Notes: generated from the sequence alone by a model not told the origin. A stretch of 64,000 nucleotides of DNA from Nitrosopumilus sp. (GCA_965205675.1 OZ242186.1:1920001-1984000), one strand, 5' to 3'. Numbered from the stretch's first letter, positions 20,467 through 31,484 are shown. A program made the numbers and translations.

Positions 20467-21618
20467 CTAATTTATACTATTATTGATTGTTTCACATAAA
20501 GGATTAGCTTTTATGATTATTAGATCAGAATCCCGTTTGGTTTTTTCAATATTATCAAAATCAGATTGAGAGCATGCAACAACAATTGTAGTTTTATCAC
20601 TATGGAACAAATCAAAATTTGGATCTTCGTAAGCTTCAACATCACCTATGTAATCTCGTAGTTTTGATGTTAGATTTTGTAACATTTCAATTTTATCTCC
20701 ACGCATTGAATGTTGATCAAGTGTCCAAGATAATGCAATTTTAGTTCTGCTTGCCTTGAGATCATTTTTCTTTAATGTCAAACGAATTTCATCAATCAAT
20801 CGTTTGATGTATCCATCAATTCCTTTTACACTACCATTAATTAGATACATCAGAGTATTAGCACCTTCAAAAGATGAACCAAGTGATTTTAAATCAAATA
20901 AGCCACTAACCATATTATCTAAAAATATCTCTTGAAATTCATCGGAAGAGAGATCATTTTTGGTTGTTTCATCCTGAGCATATTTACAGACTTCCAAGAT
21001 ACTACATAAACTGGAAAATCTAGATAAAACATCAATAGCATGAAAATGTTCTGATGATGAAATTGCTACAAATTTTTTTTCTTTTTTTCCCATCGTAAGG
21101 AGTTCAGATAATTTAGGATCTTCTTTTGCATTAAAAGATCCTATAATTTTTGGCTGTTCATCAATATTCTGTAGAGGATAATAAAAATACGAGATATGTT
21201 TTCCAGTCTGGAAACCAGTTACATGTTCAAGTAGTGAAATATTTTCATTATTACCACCAAATCCTGTAGGAAGTGTAAAAATAACTGAACTGTTTTTCTT
21301 CAGTGAAGTTACTGCATCTTTAAATTTTGAGTGAATTTCTGTTTTGATATCTTGACCAGTTTTCCTTATTCTGGGAGTAAAGAAAAGATATTGTGCTTTA
21401 GAGATTGCTACATCAATTGGTTCCATAGCTAGTAGCGGTTCATCTTCTTTTAAAGAAGAAACATTTGGATAAGTTTTGGCTATTTCTACTTTAAGTGAAA
21501 TTGCTGAAGGAGTTGATTCATCTATAATGTAAACATCTGCACCTTTTATTGCCATTTGAGATGCAATTGCATATCCTTCAGTACTAAGACCATATACGAC
21601 AACTTTTGCTCCCCCCAT
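20467..21618 (-). CDS. Conserved hypothetical protein resembling a degenerate nucleotide-sugar dehydrogenase
   Basis: Rossmann-like start KVVVYGLSTEG; EPLL; DGYIKRLIDEI..LKK..KASRTKIAL; YEDP. Layout parallels the 24057 dehydrogenase, but the GGPC catalytic motif is absent. Confidence 0.55.
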   Translation of the reverse strand: MGGAKVVVYGLSTEGYAIASQMAIKGADVYIIDESTPSAISLKVEIAKTYPNVSSLKEDEPLLAMEPIDVAISKAQYLFFTPRIRKTGQDIKTEIHSKFKDAVTSLKKNSSVIFTLPTGFGGNNENISLLEHVTGFQTGKHISYFYYPLQNIDEQPKIIGSFNAKEDPKLSELLTMGKKEKKFVAISSSEHFHAIDVLSRFSSLCSILEVCKYAQDETTKNDLSSDEFQEIFLDNMVSGLFDLKSLGSSFEGANTLMYLINGSVKGIDGYIKRLIDEIRLTLKKNDLKASRTKIALSWTLDQHSMRGDKIEMLQNLTSKLRDYIGDVEAYEDPNFDLFHSDKTTIVVACSQSDFDNIEKTKRDSDLIIIKANPLCETINNSIN

Positions 21619-21679
21619 AGCCTTCTCACATATTAGACTAAGAAAAACTTATTGAAGCCATTAGAATTATGGAAAATAC

Positions 21680-22711
21680 TTGAAAATTTGGATAGATATT
21701 CTCACTCCTAAACAATTATTGTTTTTTGGACCAATGGTGAAAGATTTAGAGAAAAAACACAAGATTTTGTGCACTACTAGAAAATATAGAGAAGTAGATC
21801 ATTTAGTAAAAATTCGAAAACTAAGAATGCCAGTTATTGGAAAACATGGAGGAGGCAAAAACTCTGAAAAATTAAAAGCAAATCTGAATAGAATGAGAGA
21901 TTTGATGCCAATTATTGAGAAATTTAAACCAGATGTAACCATTAGTTTTTGTTCACCGGATGCTGCAAGGATTTCATATGGACTGCAAATCAAACATGTT
22001 GCTTTTTGTGATGCACCACATGCAGAAGCTGTCATGAAATTGACTATACCTTTAATTCAGAAACTACTAATTCCGTGGATTATTCCAAAAAAAGAATTCA
22101 CTAAATACGGAATCTTATCCAAAAACATTATCACATACAAAGCAATAGATGCAGCTTTAATCATATCTCAAAAACCTAAAAAAAATACAATTCCTAAAAT
22201 AAATAAAAAGGGCAAGAATATTCTATTTAGAACTTATGAATCAAATGCATCATATACTAAAACAAAAATAGATTTAATAAAAATAATTAAAAAATTAATA
22301 GATATTGAAAATGTAAACATTATAGTTTTAGGAAGATATTCTGATGAAATTAATCAATTAGGAAAGAATTTGAGCAGTAAAGTTTTGGTATTAAAAAAAT
22401 CAGTAGATAGTGGAGAAATTTTAGGAATAACTGATGTTTTTGTAGGTTCGGGAGGTACAATGACTGCCGAATCAGCTCTTAGAGGAATTCCAACATTATC
22501 ATATAACGCAATTCCAAATATTATAGAAGAATATTTGGTAAAGAAAAAACTAATAATAAGAATTGATAAAATCAATCAATTAGATAAAATGGTTGTAAAA
22601 ATTTTAAACAAAAAATCAAATACAATAAAAGATCGTGCAAAAAAAGAATTCAAAAATATGGAGAATCCAACAAAAAAACTTGAATCAGTTTTAGATACGC
22701 TTAATGAATAA
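21680..22711 (+). CDS. DUF354 family putative glycosyltransferase (GT-B)
   Basis: MKIWIDILTPKQ, IGKHGG, SPDAARISYGL, DAPHA, GSGGTMTAESALRGIPT. Confidence 0.85.
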   Translation: MKIWIDILTPKQLLFFGPMVKDLEKKHKILCTTRKYREVDHLVKIRKLRMPVIGKHGGGKNSEKLKANLNRMRDLMPIIEKFKPDVTISFCSPDAARISYGLQIKHVAFCDAPHAEAVMKLTIPLIQKLLIPWIIPKKEFTKYGILSKNIITYKAIDAALIISQKPKKNTIPKINKKGKNILFRTYESNASYTKTKIDLIKIIKKLIDIENVNIIVLGRYSDEINQLGKNLSSKVLVLKKSVDSGEILGITDVFVGSGGTMTAESALRGIPTLSYNAIPNIIEEYLVKKKLIIRIDKINQLDKMVVKILNKKSNTIKDRAKKEFKNMENPTKKLESVLDTLNE

Positions 22712-22745
22712 CATTTTAAGGGAAATTAAATCAGAAAATTTGAGC

Positions 22746-22818
22746 AGCCCGGTAGTGTAGCGGTCAAGCATAGAGGCCTTTGAAGCCTTTGACCCCAGTT
22801 CGAGTCTGGGCCGGGCTA
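22746..22818 (+). tRNA. tRNA-Gln(TTG)
   Basis: AGCCCGG...GAGGC CTTTGAA GCCTT...CCCAG TTCGAGT CTGGG CCGGGCT A; complete cloverleaf with the A1-U72 pair typical of archaeal tRNA-Gln. Confidence 0.95.
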
Positions 22819-22894
22819 CTTTTTTGGAAAATAAAAATTTTGAGAGATTATATTTAATCATAAAATATCTGATGTAAGTGCTTTGATTTGAATG

Positions 22895-24002
22895 ACATTC
22901 TAGTATTAAAAATTACTGACGGTCATAATGCAAGTACGTGTCTTTTACGTAATGGGAAAATAGAATATGCAATTTCTGAAGAGAGGATTTCTAGAATTTT
23001 AAAAAAATGAAACATGATATTGAAAACAAGCAATTGAAAAAATTCTCAAATTATCAAATACGAACACAGAATATATTCATACTGTATTTTTAGCTGGTAA
23101 ATTCAATCATGAGAAAAATTTCTATTCTAATTGGAATTGGTATAAGGTAGAATTTGAAAACCAATTAGAATATAGTAAAAAAGAAAATATAACAAATTTT
23201 GAAAATCAACCAGGTAATAGAAAAAAGCTGTTACTAATAATTTAGGAATAAATGAGATTACTATTGTTGAACATTATCTATCACATACTGTATCTGTATA
23301 TTTAGCACCTCCATGAATAAATGATGAAGAAGTACTAGTACTTACTTGTGATGCCTTGTTTTTTGTTTTTGCGATTCTTGAAATTTTTCCATTTTGACTA
23401 ATATTGACTGTATTAGATATCCTATCACCTGAACCATGCATCTTTCAGAATTAGATATTATTGATGATATTTTCATTTTCCCAAGTGGGGGAGACGAATC
23501 ACTTGTAATAGGATCTGCAATGTATGCTTATTCCGAAATTCTTGGAAAACTGGTGAGAAAATTCATCTAGAGCCATTAGATTCAATTTATCTTGGTATGG
23601 AATTTACAAATTCAGAAATTGAAAATGAAATAGAAAAAAAGAACTAAGGGATGGATTTTCAGTTGAGTGTCATGAAGATATAAAAAACAAATAGTAGGGT
23701 TATTAGCACAAGGAGAAATTGTTGCCAGATTTAAGAATGGAATCGGATGAGGAGGACCTGCAATTCATTCGTATGACTTTACTGCTAGATCACATCTTCT
23801 TGAGAAAGAATACAATCCATCATACTATGATTTGACTAGTAATTTTGAAAAACATGCTGGAATTCCAACCTTGCTTAATACATCATTTAATTTACAAGAA
23901 TATCTAATTGAGTGTATACTCCAACAGATACGATTAATATTTTAAAAAAAATCAGGATTAAAACATTTTGCAATTGGAAATTATTTAATAAGTAAAAATT
24001 AG
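22895..24002 (+). pseudogene. Decayed NodU/CmcH-family carbamoyltransferase
   Basis: Fragments ILVLKITDGHNASTCLLRNGKIEYAISEERISR; VEHYLSH; VLVLTCDA; IFIFPSGGDESLVIGSA; IYLG; LAQGEIVARF; PTLLNTSFNL; GLKHFAIGNYLISKN*. Many stops and frameshifts; ~1.1 kb, shorter than a full gene. Confidence 0.88.
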
Positions 24003-24056
24003 AAATTACTAAAATCTAATGATAACTTAATATTAATTTCGACATCATCTAAAATA

Positions 24057-25439
24057 TTGGTTAAAGACAAAGGAATTTTAGATTTAGAGATTGATGAATT
24101 TGCCAAAAACATTCAAAATAGCAATATCAAAATTTCTGTTATAGGATTAGGAAGGATTGGTTTACCCACAGCTGTTGCCATAGCAAGATCAGACTTACCT
24201 ACCAAAGGTGTTGATATCAATGAAGAAATTGTTGAATTTATAAATTTAGGAAAATTAAGAATGAATGATGAACCAGGATTAGAAGAAGCATTACAAAAAG
24301 TAATAAGAGCTAAAAAATTTTCTGCTACAACAAAAATTGATGAAGCTGTAAATGATGCAGACATCATTATTGTATGTCTACCAACGCCTCTTGACAATAA
24401 TTCTAAAAAAACAGATTATCAATTCTTGTTAAAAGGTTGTTTTCAAATTGCAAAAAATTTGAAAAAAAATTCACTGATAATAATAGAAAGTACTGTAGGT
24501 CCAGAAATAGTTGAAAATGAAGTCATTCCAGTTCTAGAAAAAGAAAGTAATCTTGTATCAGGAAAAGATTTTGGTGTTGCTAGTTGTCCTGAACGTGCAA
24601 ATCCATCTACTATATTAACAGATTTCAATAAAATCCCTAGAGTTGTCGGAGGAATAAATGAAAAATGTACAAACTTTGCTTCACATCTCTATCAATTTGT
24701 TTTTAAAATCGATGTTGTACGTGTAAAAAATTGTAAAACTGCAAATGCCGTTAAGGTAGTTGAAAATGTCTTCAGAGATGTAAATGTCGCATTTATCAAC
24801 GAAATAGCAATTTTTTGTGATAGAATGGGAATAGATGTAAATGAATTGATTAGAGGTTGTCAAACAAAATATAATTTCATACCCCATTTTCCCGGTCCAG
24901 GAGTTGGAGGACCATGTCTTCCAGTAAATCCCTATCAATTATTAGATGCACCCGAATCAGAAAATATTCTTCAAGTAGTCAGAACTGCAAGAAAAATAAA
25001 CCTAGAAATGCCAAAATATGTAATAAAATTAGTTGAAGACACATTAAAAGAAGTTAACAAAAAATCTAAAAATACTACAATTGGAATTTTAGGTATTTCA
25101 TATAAGCCAAATGTGGGAGATATTCAATTAACGCCAATAAAAGATGTTGTAGAAAAATTAAAACAAATGAATTTTAAAATAAAAATATTTGATCCATATT
25201 TTATAAAAAAGGAATTTTTATCAATAAAAATTGAAGAAAATATTGAGAATCTTATTAGTGATTGTGATGTGATAGTTTTAGGTACAGATCATGATGAATT
25301 TTTGAAAATAGATTTCAGTATATTAAAAAATCAAATGAAGCCATCTGGAATAATAATTGATACCAGAGGAAAACTATCATCAACTGAAGTTAGAAATGCA
25401 GGGTTAACTTTCAGAGGAATAGGCACATCAGTAAAATGA
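24057..25439 (+). CDS. UDP-N-acetyl-hexosamine (nucleotide-sugar) dehydrogenase, WecC/WbpA family
   Basis: GLGRIGLP, CLPTP, IESTV, CPER, KVVENVFRDVNVAFINE, PGPGVGGPCLP, GISYKPN. Confidence 0.92.
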   Translation: MVKDKGILDLEIDEFAKNIQNSNIKISVIGLGRIGLPTAVAIARSDLPTKGVDINEEIVEFINLGKLRMNDEPGLEEALQKVIRAKKFSATTKIDEAVNDADIIIVCLPTPLDNNSKKTDYQFLLKGCFQIAKNLKKNSLIIIESTVGPEIVENEVIPVLEKESNLVSGKDFGVASCPERANPSTILTDFNKIPRVVGGINEKCTNFASHLYQFVFKIDVVRVKNCKTANAVKVVENVFRDVNVAFINEIAIFCDRMGIDVNELIRGCQTKYNFIPHFPGPGVGGPCLPVNPYQLLDAPESENILQVVRTARKINLEMPKYVIKLVEDTLKEVNKKSKNTTIGILGISYKPNVGDIQLTPIKDVVEKLKQMNFKIKIFDPYFIKKEFLSIKIEENIENLISDCDVIVLGTDHDEFLKIDFSILKNQMKPSGIIIDTRGKLSSTEVRNAGLTFRGIGTSVK

Positions 25440-25440
25440 A

Positions 25441-26202
25441 TTAAAAATCTAATTTTGTAAGCAATCTTGAAGCAATTACAAATAATGTTGATGCAATAGC
25501 AACAAGAATTATTATTTCAAGAATTACAAATTTAGTTACAGTTCCAAAAATTCCTGCTCTAATCACATCTACAAGATACGTCAATGGATTTAGATAAAAT
25601 GCAGTTCGTAAGGGTTCAGGGGCACCATCAGCTGGATAAAATGCAGTACTAACAAAAGCAAAGAAAAGAAAAACAGTGTTAATAATTACGTTAAACCCTT
25701 CACTTGAGCGCAATCTAGTAGAGATAATTGATGCTAATGATCCAAAAAGAACAGAACCAGTAATAGCACCAAAAATGATTATGGGAATAGTCACGAATGA
25801 AAATTCTACAGATTCAAAAAATACAGGATAACCAACTACTGCTATTAACGAAGCACTAACTAGTCCAATTATTCCTATAGTGCAAATGTTACTAAGAATA
25901 TAATGGCTTCTAGTAAATGGGCCAGACATAATTTGTTCAAACATTCCATGTTTTCTATCATTCCAAATAATGATGCCAGAAATTAGAGTGCTATTCATGA
26001 TGTTAAATCCAATCATTCCAGATGCTAAAAATGCAGGATAATCAAGATCTTTAGTTCCAAATGGAACGTCATTGATTAATGGTGCATATGCAAAACCTGC
26101 TACAAAAATATAGATTAAAGGAAATATCACTTGCCAAATTAAAAATCCAGGATTGAGAGAAATTGTAAGATTTCTATTTACTAATCTAATTATTGGATGC
26201 AT
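25441..26202 (-). CDS. ABC-2 type exporter permease
   Basis: Six hydrophobic segments, FLASGMIG, STAFYP, NPLTYLVDVIR. Confidence 0.9.
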   Translation of the reverse strand: MHPIIRLVNRNLTISLNPGFLIWQVIFPLIYIFVAGFAYAPLINDVPFGTKDLDYPAFLASGMIGFNIMNSTLISGIIIWNDRKHGMFEQIMSGPFTRSHYILSNICTIGIIGLVSASLIAVVGYPVFFESVEFSFVTIPIIIFGAITGSVLFGSLASIISTRLRSSEGFNVIINTVFLFFAFVSTAFYPADGAPEPLRTAFYLNPLTYLVDVIRAGIFGTVTKFVILEIIILVAIASTLFVIASRLLTKLDF

Positions 26203-27124
26203 TTTCTCTCACCATGTTTAAGAATATTTCTTCAAGATTAGTTGGTACAGCTGATAGATCTTCTATGTCAATTTTATTATCATTAAGTATTTTTAACACT
26301 TTTAGTAATACCAGTTCAGATTGTTCTGAATGAATTATTATATTAGTTCCAGTCTCAAAATTAATTTTACAATCTGATATACCAAATAAAATAGAATTAA
26401 TTTCAGGTTGTTTTTCTAATAAATGAATTTTTATTGTTTTTTCTTTTCCAAATCTATTTTTTAATGCATCAGGGGAATCAACAGTAACAATTTTACCTTT
26501 ATCAATAATAGCTATTTGATCACATAGATATTCTGCTTCAGAGAGAATATGTGTTGTATAAAAAATTGTTAAGCCAGTTTTTACTTTATTTTTTAAATAA
26601 TCTAATAGTTTTCTTCTAGCACTGGGATCTAATCCTACTGTAGGTTCATCTAAAAATAATAATTCCATATCATGCATAAATTCTCGTGCAACTTGGACTC
26701 TTCTTCTTTGACCAATAGATAGATCCTCATTTCTTTTTTTACGAATTTCAACTAGATCAAAATCTTTCAAGAGTTGTTCCATTCTTTTTTTGCGTTCAGT
26801 TTTAGATACATTCCACATCATTCCATATTTTTCAAGAGACTTTTCTACTGATAGCGTTGGTTCGTAACTTGGTTGCTGTAAAACAACCCCAATTTTATGT
26901 CGAATTTTAAATGGATTTGCAACAGCGTCTACGCCCAAAATAGATAATGAACCACTAGATGGAGGGATGAGTGTAGTTAGAAGTTTGATAGTAGTTGATT
27001 TGCCTGCACCATTAGGACCTAAAAATCCAAAAACTTGACCTGATTTCACTGATAAGGTAAGATCATCTACTGCATGAACTGAGCCATATGATTTGGATAG
27101 GTGATTAACATCAATACAAGACAC
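26186..27124 (-). CDS. ABC exporter ATP-binding protein (DrrA-like)
   Basis: GPNGAGKST, LSIGQRRR, LFLDEPT, TTH. Confidence 0.93.
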   Translation of the reverse strand: MSCIDVNHLSKSYGSVHAVDDLTLSVKSGQVFGFLGPNGAGKSTTIKLLTTLIPPSSGSLSILGVDAVANPFKIRHKIGVVLQQPSYEPTLSVEKSLEKYGMMWNVSKTERKKRMEQLLKDFDLVEIRKKRNEDLSIGQRRRVQVAREFMHDMELLFLDEPTVGLDPSARRKLLDYLKNKVKTGLTIFYTTHILSEAEYLCDQIAIIDKGKIVTVDSPDALKNRFGKEKTIKIHLLEKQPEINSILFGISDCKINFETGTNIIIHSEQSELVLLKVLKILNDNKIDIEDLSAVPTNLEEIFLNMVRENASNN

Positions 27125-27345
27125 ATCAAAACTGCGATCTTCCTATTAATTTAGTTAGTGAGATAAATCAAGATATTTTTTAGAATATTTGAATTAATTA
27201 AGACAAATCAAGTAGAGATTTAAAAAATCAACAATTTAGAATTTAAAAAGAGAGATTAATGAAGATTAGGCGATCATATAATTAAAAAAAGAAATTCATA
27301 AGATAATGAAATTTTTATTAATAGATTAGTTTTAGCAGAAATGTA

Positions 27346-28743
27346 TTGTCTGAATTTGAAAATCTTATTGCTAAATTACTAGAACAAAAACCAGAATTAA
27401 CTAAAGAGGTACTTGAGGAACAAATTAAACAAAAGAAAGAGAAAATTGGTGCAGGATATCTAACTGATCAAGGTGCATTATTTTTAATTGCATCTGATTA
27501 TGGAGTAACATTATCAGGACCTGAAAAAATAGAAATTGGGCTAAAGGATCTATATGCAGGAGCAAAAGAAATTTCATTAGAAACTAGAGTTTTGAATCTT
27601 TCACCTGCAAAGCAATTTTCTAGAAAAGATGGTTCCCCTTTCTATCTTAGGACAATGACAGTATATGATACAAATTCTACAGCTAGTGTAAAACTATGGG
27701 ATGAAAAAGCTAATCTCCCAGGTGTTGAAAATCTAAAACCAGGAGATTTAATTAAAATAATTAAAGCATATGTTAAATCAGATCTAGACGGTTCACCAAC
27801 AATTAACATTGGTTCTGGATCAAACATAGAAACTGCAGATACAGAAAGTGAAATTCCAACTATTGATACTATTACAAAAGATGTTAGTGAATCTCAAGAG
27901 GGTCAAAAAGATCTAGTAGTAGCAGGATCTATTGATGGGATAATTAGTGGAATGGAATTCACAAATTCTCGCGGTATGCCTGGAAAAGCACTTAGAATGA
28001 GGCTAAAAGGAAAAGATGGAAGTGGAATTAAAGTAGTATTATGGGGAAAAGATGAATCTACTATTCCAAATATGATTTCACAGTCAGCCAAAGTAAGATT
28101 ACTTGGGGTTAGAGTAAAATCAGGAAACCAAGGGTTGGAAATTCATGGTAATGATGCAACGATAATTGAAATTGAAGGGAGCAAAGAAACAGAGCCAATA
28201 ATTACCAGAGTACTTTCAATTATACCTACTGAGAACGGTAAAAATATGATACTAGCTGTTGATAACAAAAAGAATTTGTTTAACATTAGTGATTCTTCAA
28301 ACTCGACAAGTATTTGTGCAGAAGGAGATGTTATAGAATGCATGCCATCAAAAGTTTATGGTAATTCAATTACACTAGATGAAAATTCTTTTGTAAGAAA
28401 ATTAGATGATGATGAATCTATTCCTTCATTATCTCAATTAAGAACAAAAATTAATGATGTAAAAGTAGACGCAAATTATTGCATTGAAGCAATTGTGTTA
28501 AAAGTTCCTGAAAGACGTGAAGTTCAAACAAAATCTGGAGAATCAATAGCACTTTCAGAAATGTTTGTAGAAGACGATACAGGACAAATTTGGGTAAAAG
28601 GCTGGAGAAATCAAGCAAGAATTATTGATAAATGTGAACTAGGTGAAATTATTTCCATTACAGGATTAAATGCAAAAGCAGGACTAGAAAGTAGAATAGA
28701 ACTCTTTGTCACTTCATTCTCTAAAATTACAAAAAAGAATTAA
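27346..28743 (+). CDS. Replication protein A / multi-OB-fold ssDNA-binding protein
   Basis: GYLTDQGALFLIA N-terminus and repeated OB folds (FSRKDG..DTNSTASVKLWD; EDDTGQIWVKGW). Confidence 0.85.
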   Translation: MSEFENLIAKLLEQKPELTKEVLEEQIKQKKEKIGAGYLTDQGALFLIASDYGVTLSGPEKIEIGLKDLYAGAKEISLETRVLNLSPAKQFSRKDGSPFYLRTMTVYDTNSTASVKLWDEKANLPGVENLKPGDLIKIIKAYVKSDLDGSPTINIGSGSNIETADTESEIPTIDTITKDVSESQEGQKDLVVAGSIDGIISGMEFTNSRGMPGKALRMRLKGKDGSGIKVVLWGKDESTIPNMISQSAKVRLLGVRVKSGNQGLEIHGNDATIIEIEGSKETEPIITRVLSIIPTENGKNMILAVDNKKNLFNISDSSNSTSICAEGDVIECMPSKVYGNSITLDENSFVRKLDDDESIPSLSQLRTKINDVKVDANYCIEAIVLKVPERREVQTKSGESIALSEMFVEDDTGQIWVKGWRNQARIIDKCELGEIISITGLNAKAGLESRIELFVTSFSKITKKN

Positions 28744-31484
28744 GAATCCCAAAAACCTCTTGTTACAACATACTGTCTTTCTGCTTCATAGATTTGTTTG
28801 AACAAATGTTCTTCATCAACCATATTTCTCAATATTCTTGCGGCAGTATCAGCACCTACACCATATCCAGAAATTACAGTGATGGCAGTTTTACCAAAGT
28901 TTTCAACTAAAGAGGCCACTTTCCAGGCACGATCAAACTTGTGTTTTTCTTCTGCAGTTAATTTTTTCCCATCATGTTTTTTTCTAATTATTTTAGGTAA
29001 ATCATAATCAGAATAATAGGTTGCAGTGATTTGTCTGGCCTTACAATAGGGACAAATCGTTAAATTTTTTACCTCAAATGTCTGCATGACACGTTCCCAT
29101 TTTCCACAACGAGCACAAACCAAACGATGTTTAGTTTTTTCTAATCTTGCTTTAACAAGATCAATAATACCTTTGTCAAGATTTACTGGAGACGAATAAT
29201 ATTTTGCAGTATGATCTAAAATTGGTTCAGCTAATTTTGAAAACTTATCAATCTCCAACCACGTAACACGAATCTTATCTTCTTTGATCTTTTTTAGAAT
29301 TTTTTCAGAATTTTTTAGATCATATTTATCATGAAATAATTCACGGAGAGCTTCGTGTACAAGAGGAGTCTTAGAATATCGCTCATATAAGAATCTGGCA
29401 GATTTTCTTTCATACACTGCACCACGTCCAACTACACCAAATTTTTTTGCAACACACCAAGTTCTCCAGTTTACATTGTGGGTTCCAGTTAAAGATGTGC
29501 TTACAATAGATTGTAAATCATAATCATCTTTGAGTATTTCAATGAAGAGTTTTTTTGAAATTCTTGATCTAGAAGATAATACAATTCTATATCCATCAGA
29601 ACGAGAATCAACTATAGATCCTAACATAGTAGAAAGCATTGAAGAGAATAATGTTGATAGTGTTGAATTAATTTTAGTTCCTAAACAGGAATGGATTACT
29701 ATTGAACCTTGAGAACGATTAGATTCGATTACAATGTTATTTTCATCAGGAATTTGATCAAAAGTTAATTTTTCGATTATCGTATTGGTTAATCTAAAAT
29801 TTCCATTCTTAACTTTACTACGAAAATTTCCCACTTTTCGTGCAGTTTTATAATCAATTGGAATAGTTTCTCCTTCCCAATATGGTACAGTAATACCTCC
29901 ACCTCTAAAAGGTTCAACATTTACACTAAATGATTTTTCATCTACATTTAGGATTCTCCATTGGGAACCTTTTAAAACAAAAATATTTCCTGAATCTCCA
30001 AAATCACCTACAAATCTCTGATCTAAAGATCCAATGATTTTCTTGCCAACGCTATCAAAGACTTTGAATTTAAGAATATCAGGTATTGTTGAAAGATTTT
30101 CAAAATAATATTTGAAAGCACTTCCTTTTTTCCAATAAGTCATTTTTGTTCTATCAAAAAATACCAAATAATTCGAATCTAACAAATCTAGCACATTTAT
30201 CAGATCTTCAAGTTGTAAATTTCTAAATGAATATGCTTTAGTTACTAAATCAAATGCTTGTTCAATTGAAACCTCACCAAGCTGCATAGATAATCCAACT
30301 AAATGATGAGCTAAAACATCAAGGGAACCAGCATGAATTTTTTGTTCTTCAATTGAACCTTCTTGAATACGATTAAGAATGGCCTGAGCTTCAAATTCAT
30401 CATCAGGATTGTTTGTAACAATTAATCCTTGAGCTGATGCATCACGATTATGTTTACTTCTACCAATTCTTTGAACAAATTTTGATACTTGTCTAGGGGA
30501 ACCATAATGAATGACTAATTCAACTGATCCAATATCTAAACCTAATTCTAATGAAGACGTACAAACTACAATACCACGATTTCCTTGACGCAGAGTTGAT
30601 TCAGTTTCTTCTCTTATCTGTTTTGAAAGAGAACCATGATGTAGTTCAATAGGAATTGATGATTTTTCTTTTAAAATTGATGCTAAAAACTCAGCTTCTC
30701 CTCTAGTATTTGTAAAAAGAAGAATTGGAGAATCCAAGTTTAATTCTAATACATATTCAATGATTTTTTCGGCTACATCTGAAATTGTTCCATTAACATA
30801 TTTTATTTCTACATCATACTTTCTTACAGAAGTATCTCGAATTATTTCACATTTTCGTTTAGTACCGACAATAAATTTTCCTGCTTCATCAAAATTTCCA
30901 ACCGTAGCAGATAATCCAACTTTTGTGAGAGGATATTTTGAATTTAATTCCAATCTTTCAATGCTTAATGATAGTTGAGAACCCCTCTCACTGGATAATA
31001 ATTCATGAACTTCATCTATTACAATCCACTCTAAGTGAGTTAAACCAGTAAGCATTTTGATTTGAGTTAAAAGAATGACCAAAGTTTCAGGAGTTGTGAT
31101 AAGAATATCAGGTGGATTTTCAGTAATTTTTTTTCTATCTTTCTGACTAGTATCACCATGACGAATTTCAATGGTTAGATCATTTTGATGAGCGTATTTG
31201 GTAATTCTTCTAAAAACATCTCGATTTAATGCCCTTAATGGTGTAATGTATAGAATTTTGATTTTTCCAGTTTTTTTAGAATTTTTTACAAGTGAAAAAA
31301 TTGGTATAACTGAACATTCAGTTTTACCAGAACCTGTAGGTGCTATTACCAGACAGTCTTTTTTTTGTAAAATTATTGGTGATGCTTTTTTCTGAATTTC
31401 AGTTAGTTTAGAAAATCCAAAGTTTCCAAATAAAGAATTAAGTAGATGACTCGGTGTTATTTGATCGTGATTTTTCATAGACAA
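28740..31484 (-). CDS. lhr: Lhr-family DEAD/DEAH-box helicase
   Basis: APTGSGKTE, ITPLRALNRD, DEVHE, LSAT, HHGSL, SLELGLDIG, QRIGRS, VPYWEGE, C-terminal CxxC..CxxC. Confidence 0.9.
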   Translation of the reverse strand: MSMKNHDQITPSHLLNSLFGNFGFSKLTEIQKKASPIILQKKDCLVIAPTGSGKTECSVIPIFSLVKNSKKTGKIKILYITPLRALNRDVFRRITKYAHQNDLTIEIRHGDTSQKDRKKITENPPDILITTPETLVILLTQIKMLTGLTHLEWIVIDEVHELLSSERGSQLSLSIERLELNSKYPLTKVGLSATVGNFDEAGKFIVGTKRKCEIIRDTSVRKYDVEIKYVNGTISDVAEKIIEYVLELNLDSPILLFTNTRGEAEFLASILKEKSSIPIELHHGSLSKQIREETESTLRQGNRGIVVCTSSLELGLDIGSVELVIHYGSPRQVSKFVQRIGRSKHNRDASAQGLIVTNNPDDEFEAQAILNRIQEGSIEEQKIHAGSLDVLAHHLVGLSMQLGEVSIEQAFDLVTKAYSFRNLQLEDLINVLDLLDSNYLVFFDRTKMTYWKKGSAFKYYFENLSTIPDILKFKVFDSVGKKIIGSLDQRFVGDFGDSGNIFVLKGSQWRILNVDEKSFSVNVEPFRGGGITVPYWEGETIPIDYKTARKVGNFRSKVKNGNFRLTNTIIEKLTFDQIPDENNIVIESNRSQGSIVIHSCLGTKINSTLSTLFSSMLSTMLGSIVDSRSDGYRIVLSSRSRISKKLFIEILKDDYDLQSIVSTSLTGTHNVNWRTWCVAKKFGVVGRGAVYERKSARFLYERYSKTPLVHEALRELFHDKYDLKNSEKILKKIKEDKIRVTWLEIDKFSKLAEPILDHTAKYYSSPVNLDKGIIDLVKARLEKTKHRLVCARCGKWERVMQTFEVKNLTICPYCKARQITATYYSDYDLPKIIRKKHDGKKLTAEEKHKFDRAWKVASLVENFGKTAITVISGYGVGADTAARILRNMVDEEHLFKQIYEAERQYVVTRGFWDS

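Noticed and set aside
22746-25440. Integrated provirus or island at tRNA-Gln with att sites
   Set aside because: I found no integrase and no duplicate of the tRNA 3' end by eye.
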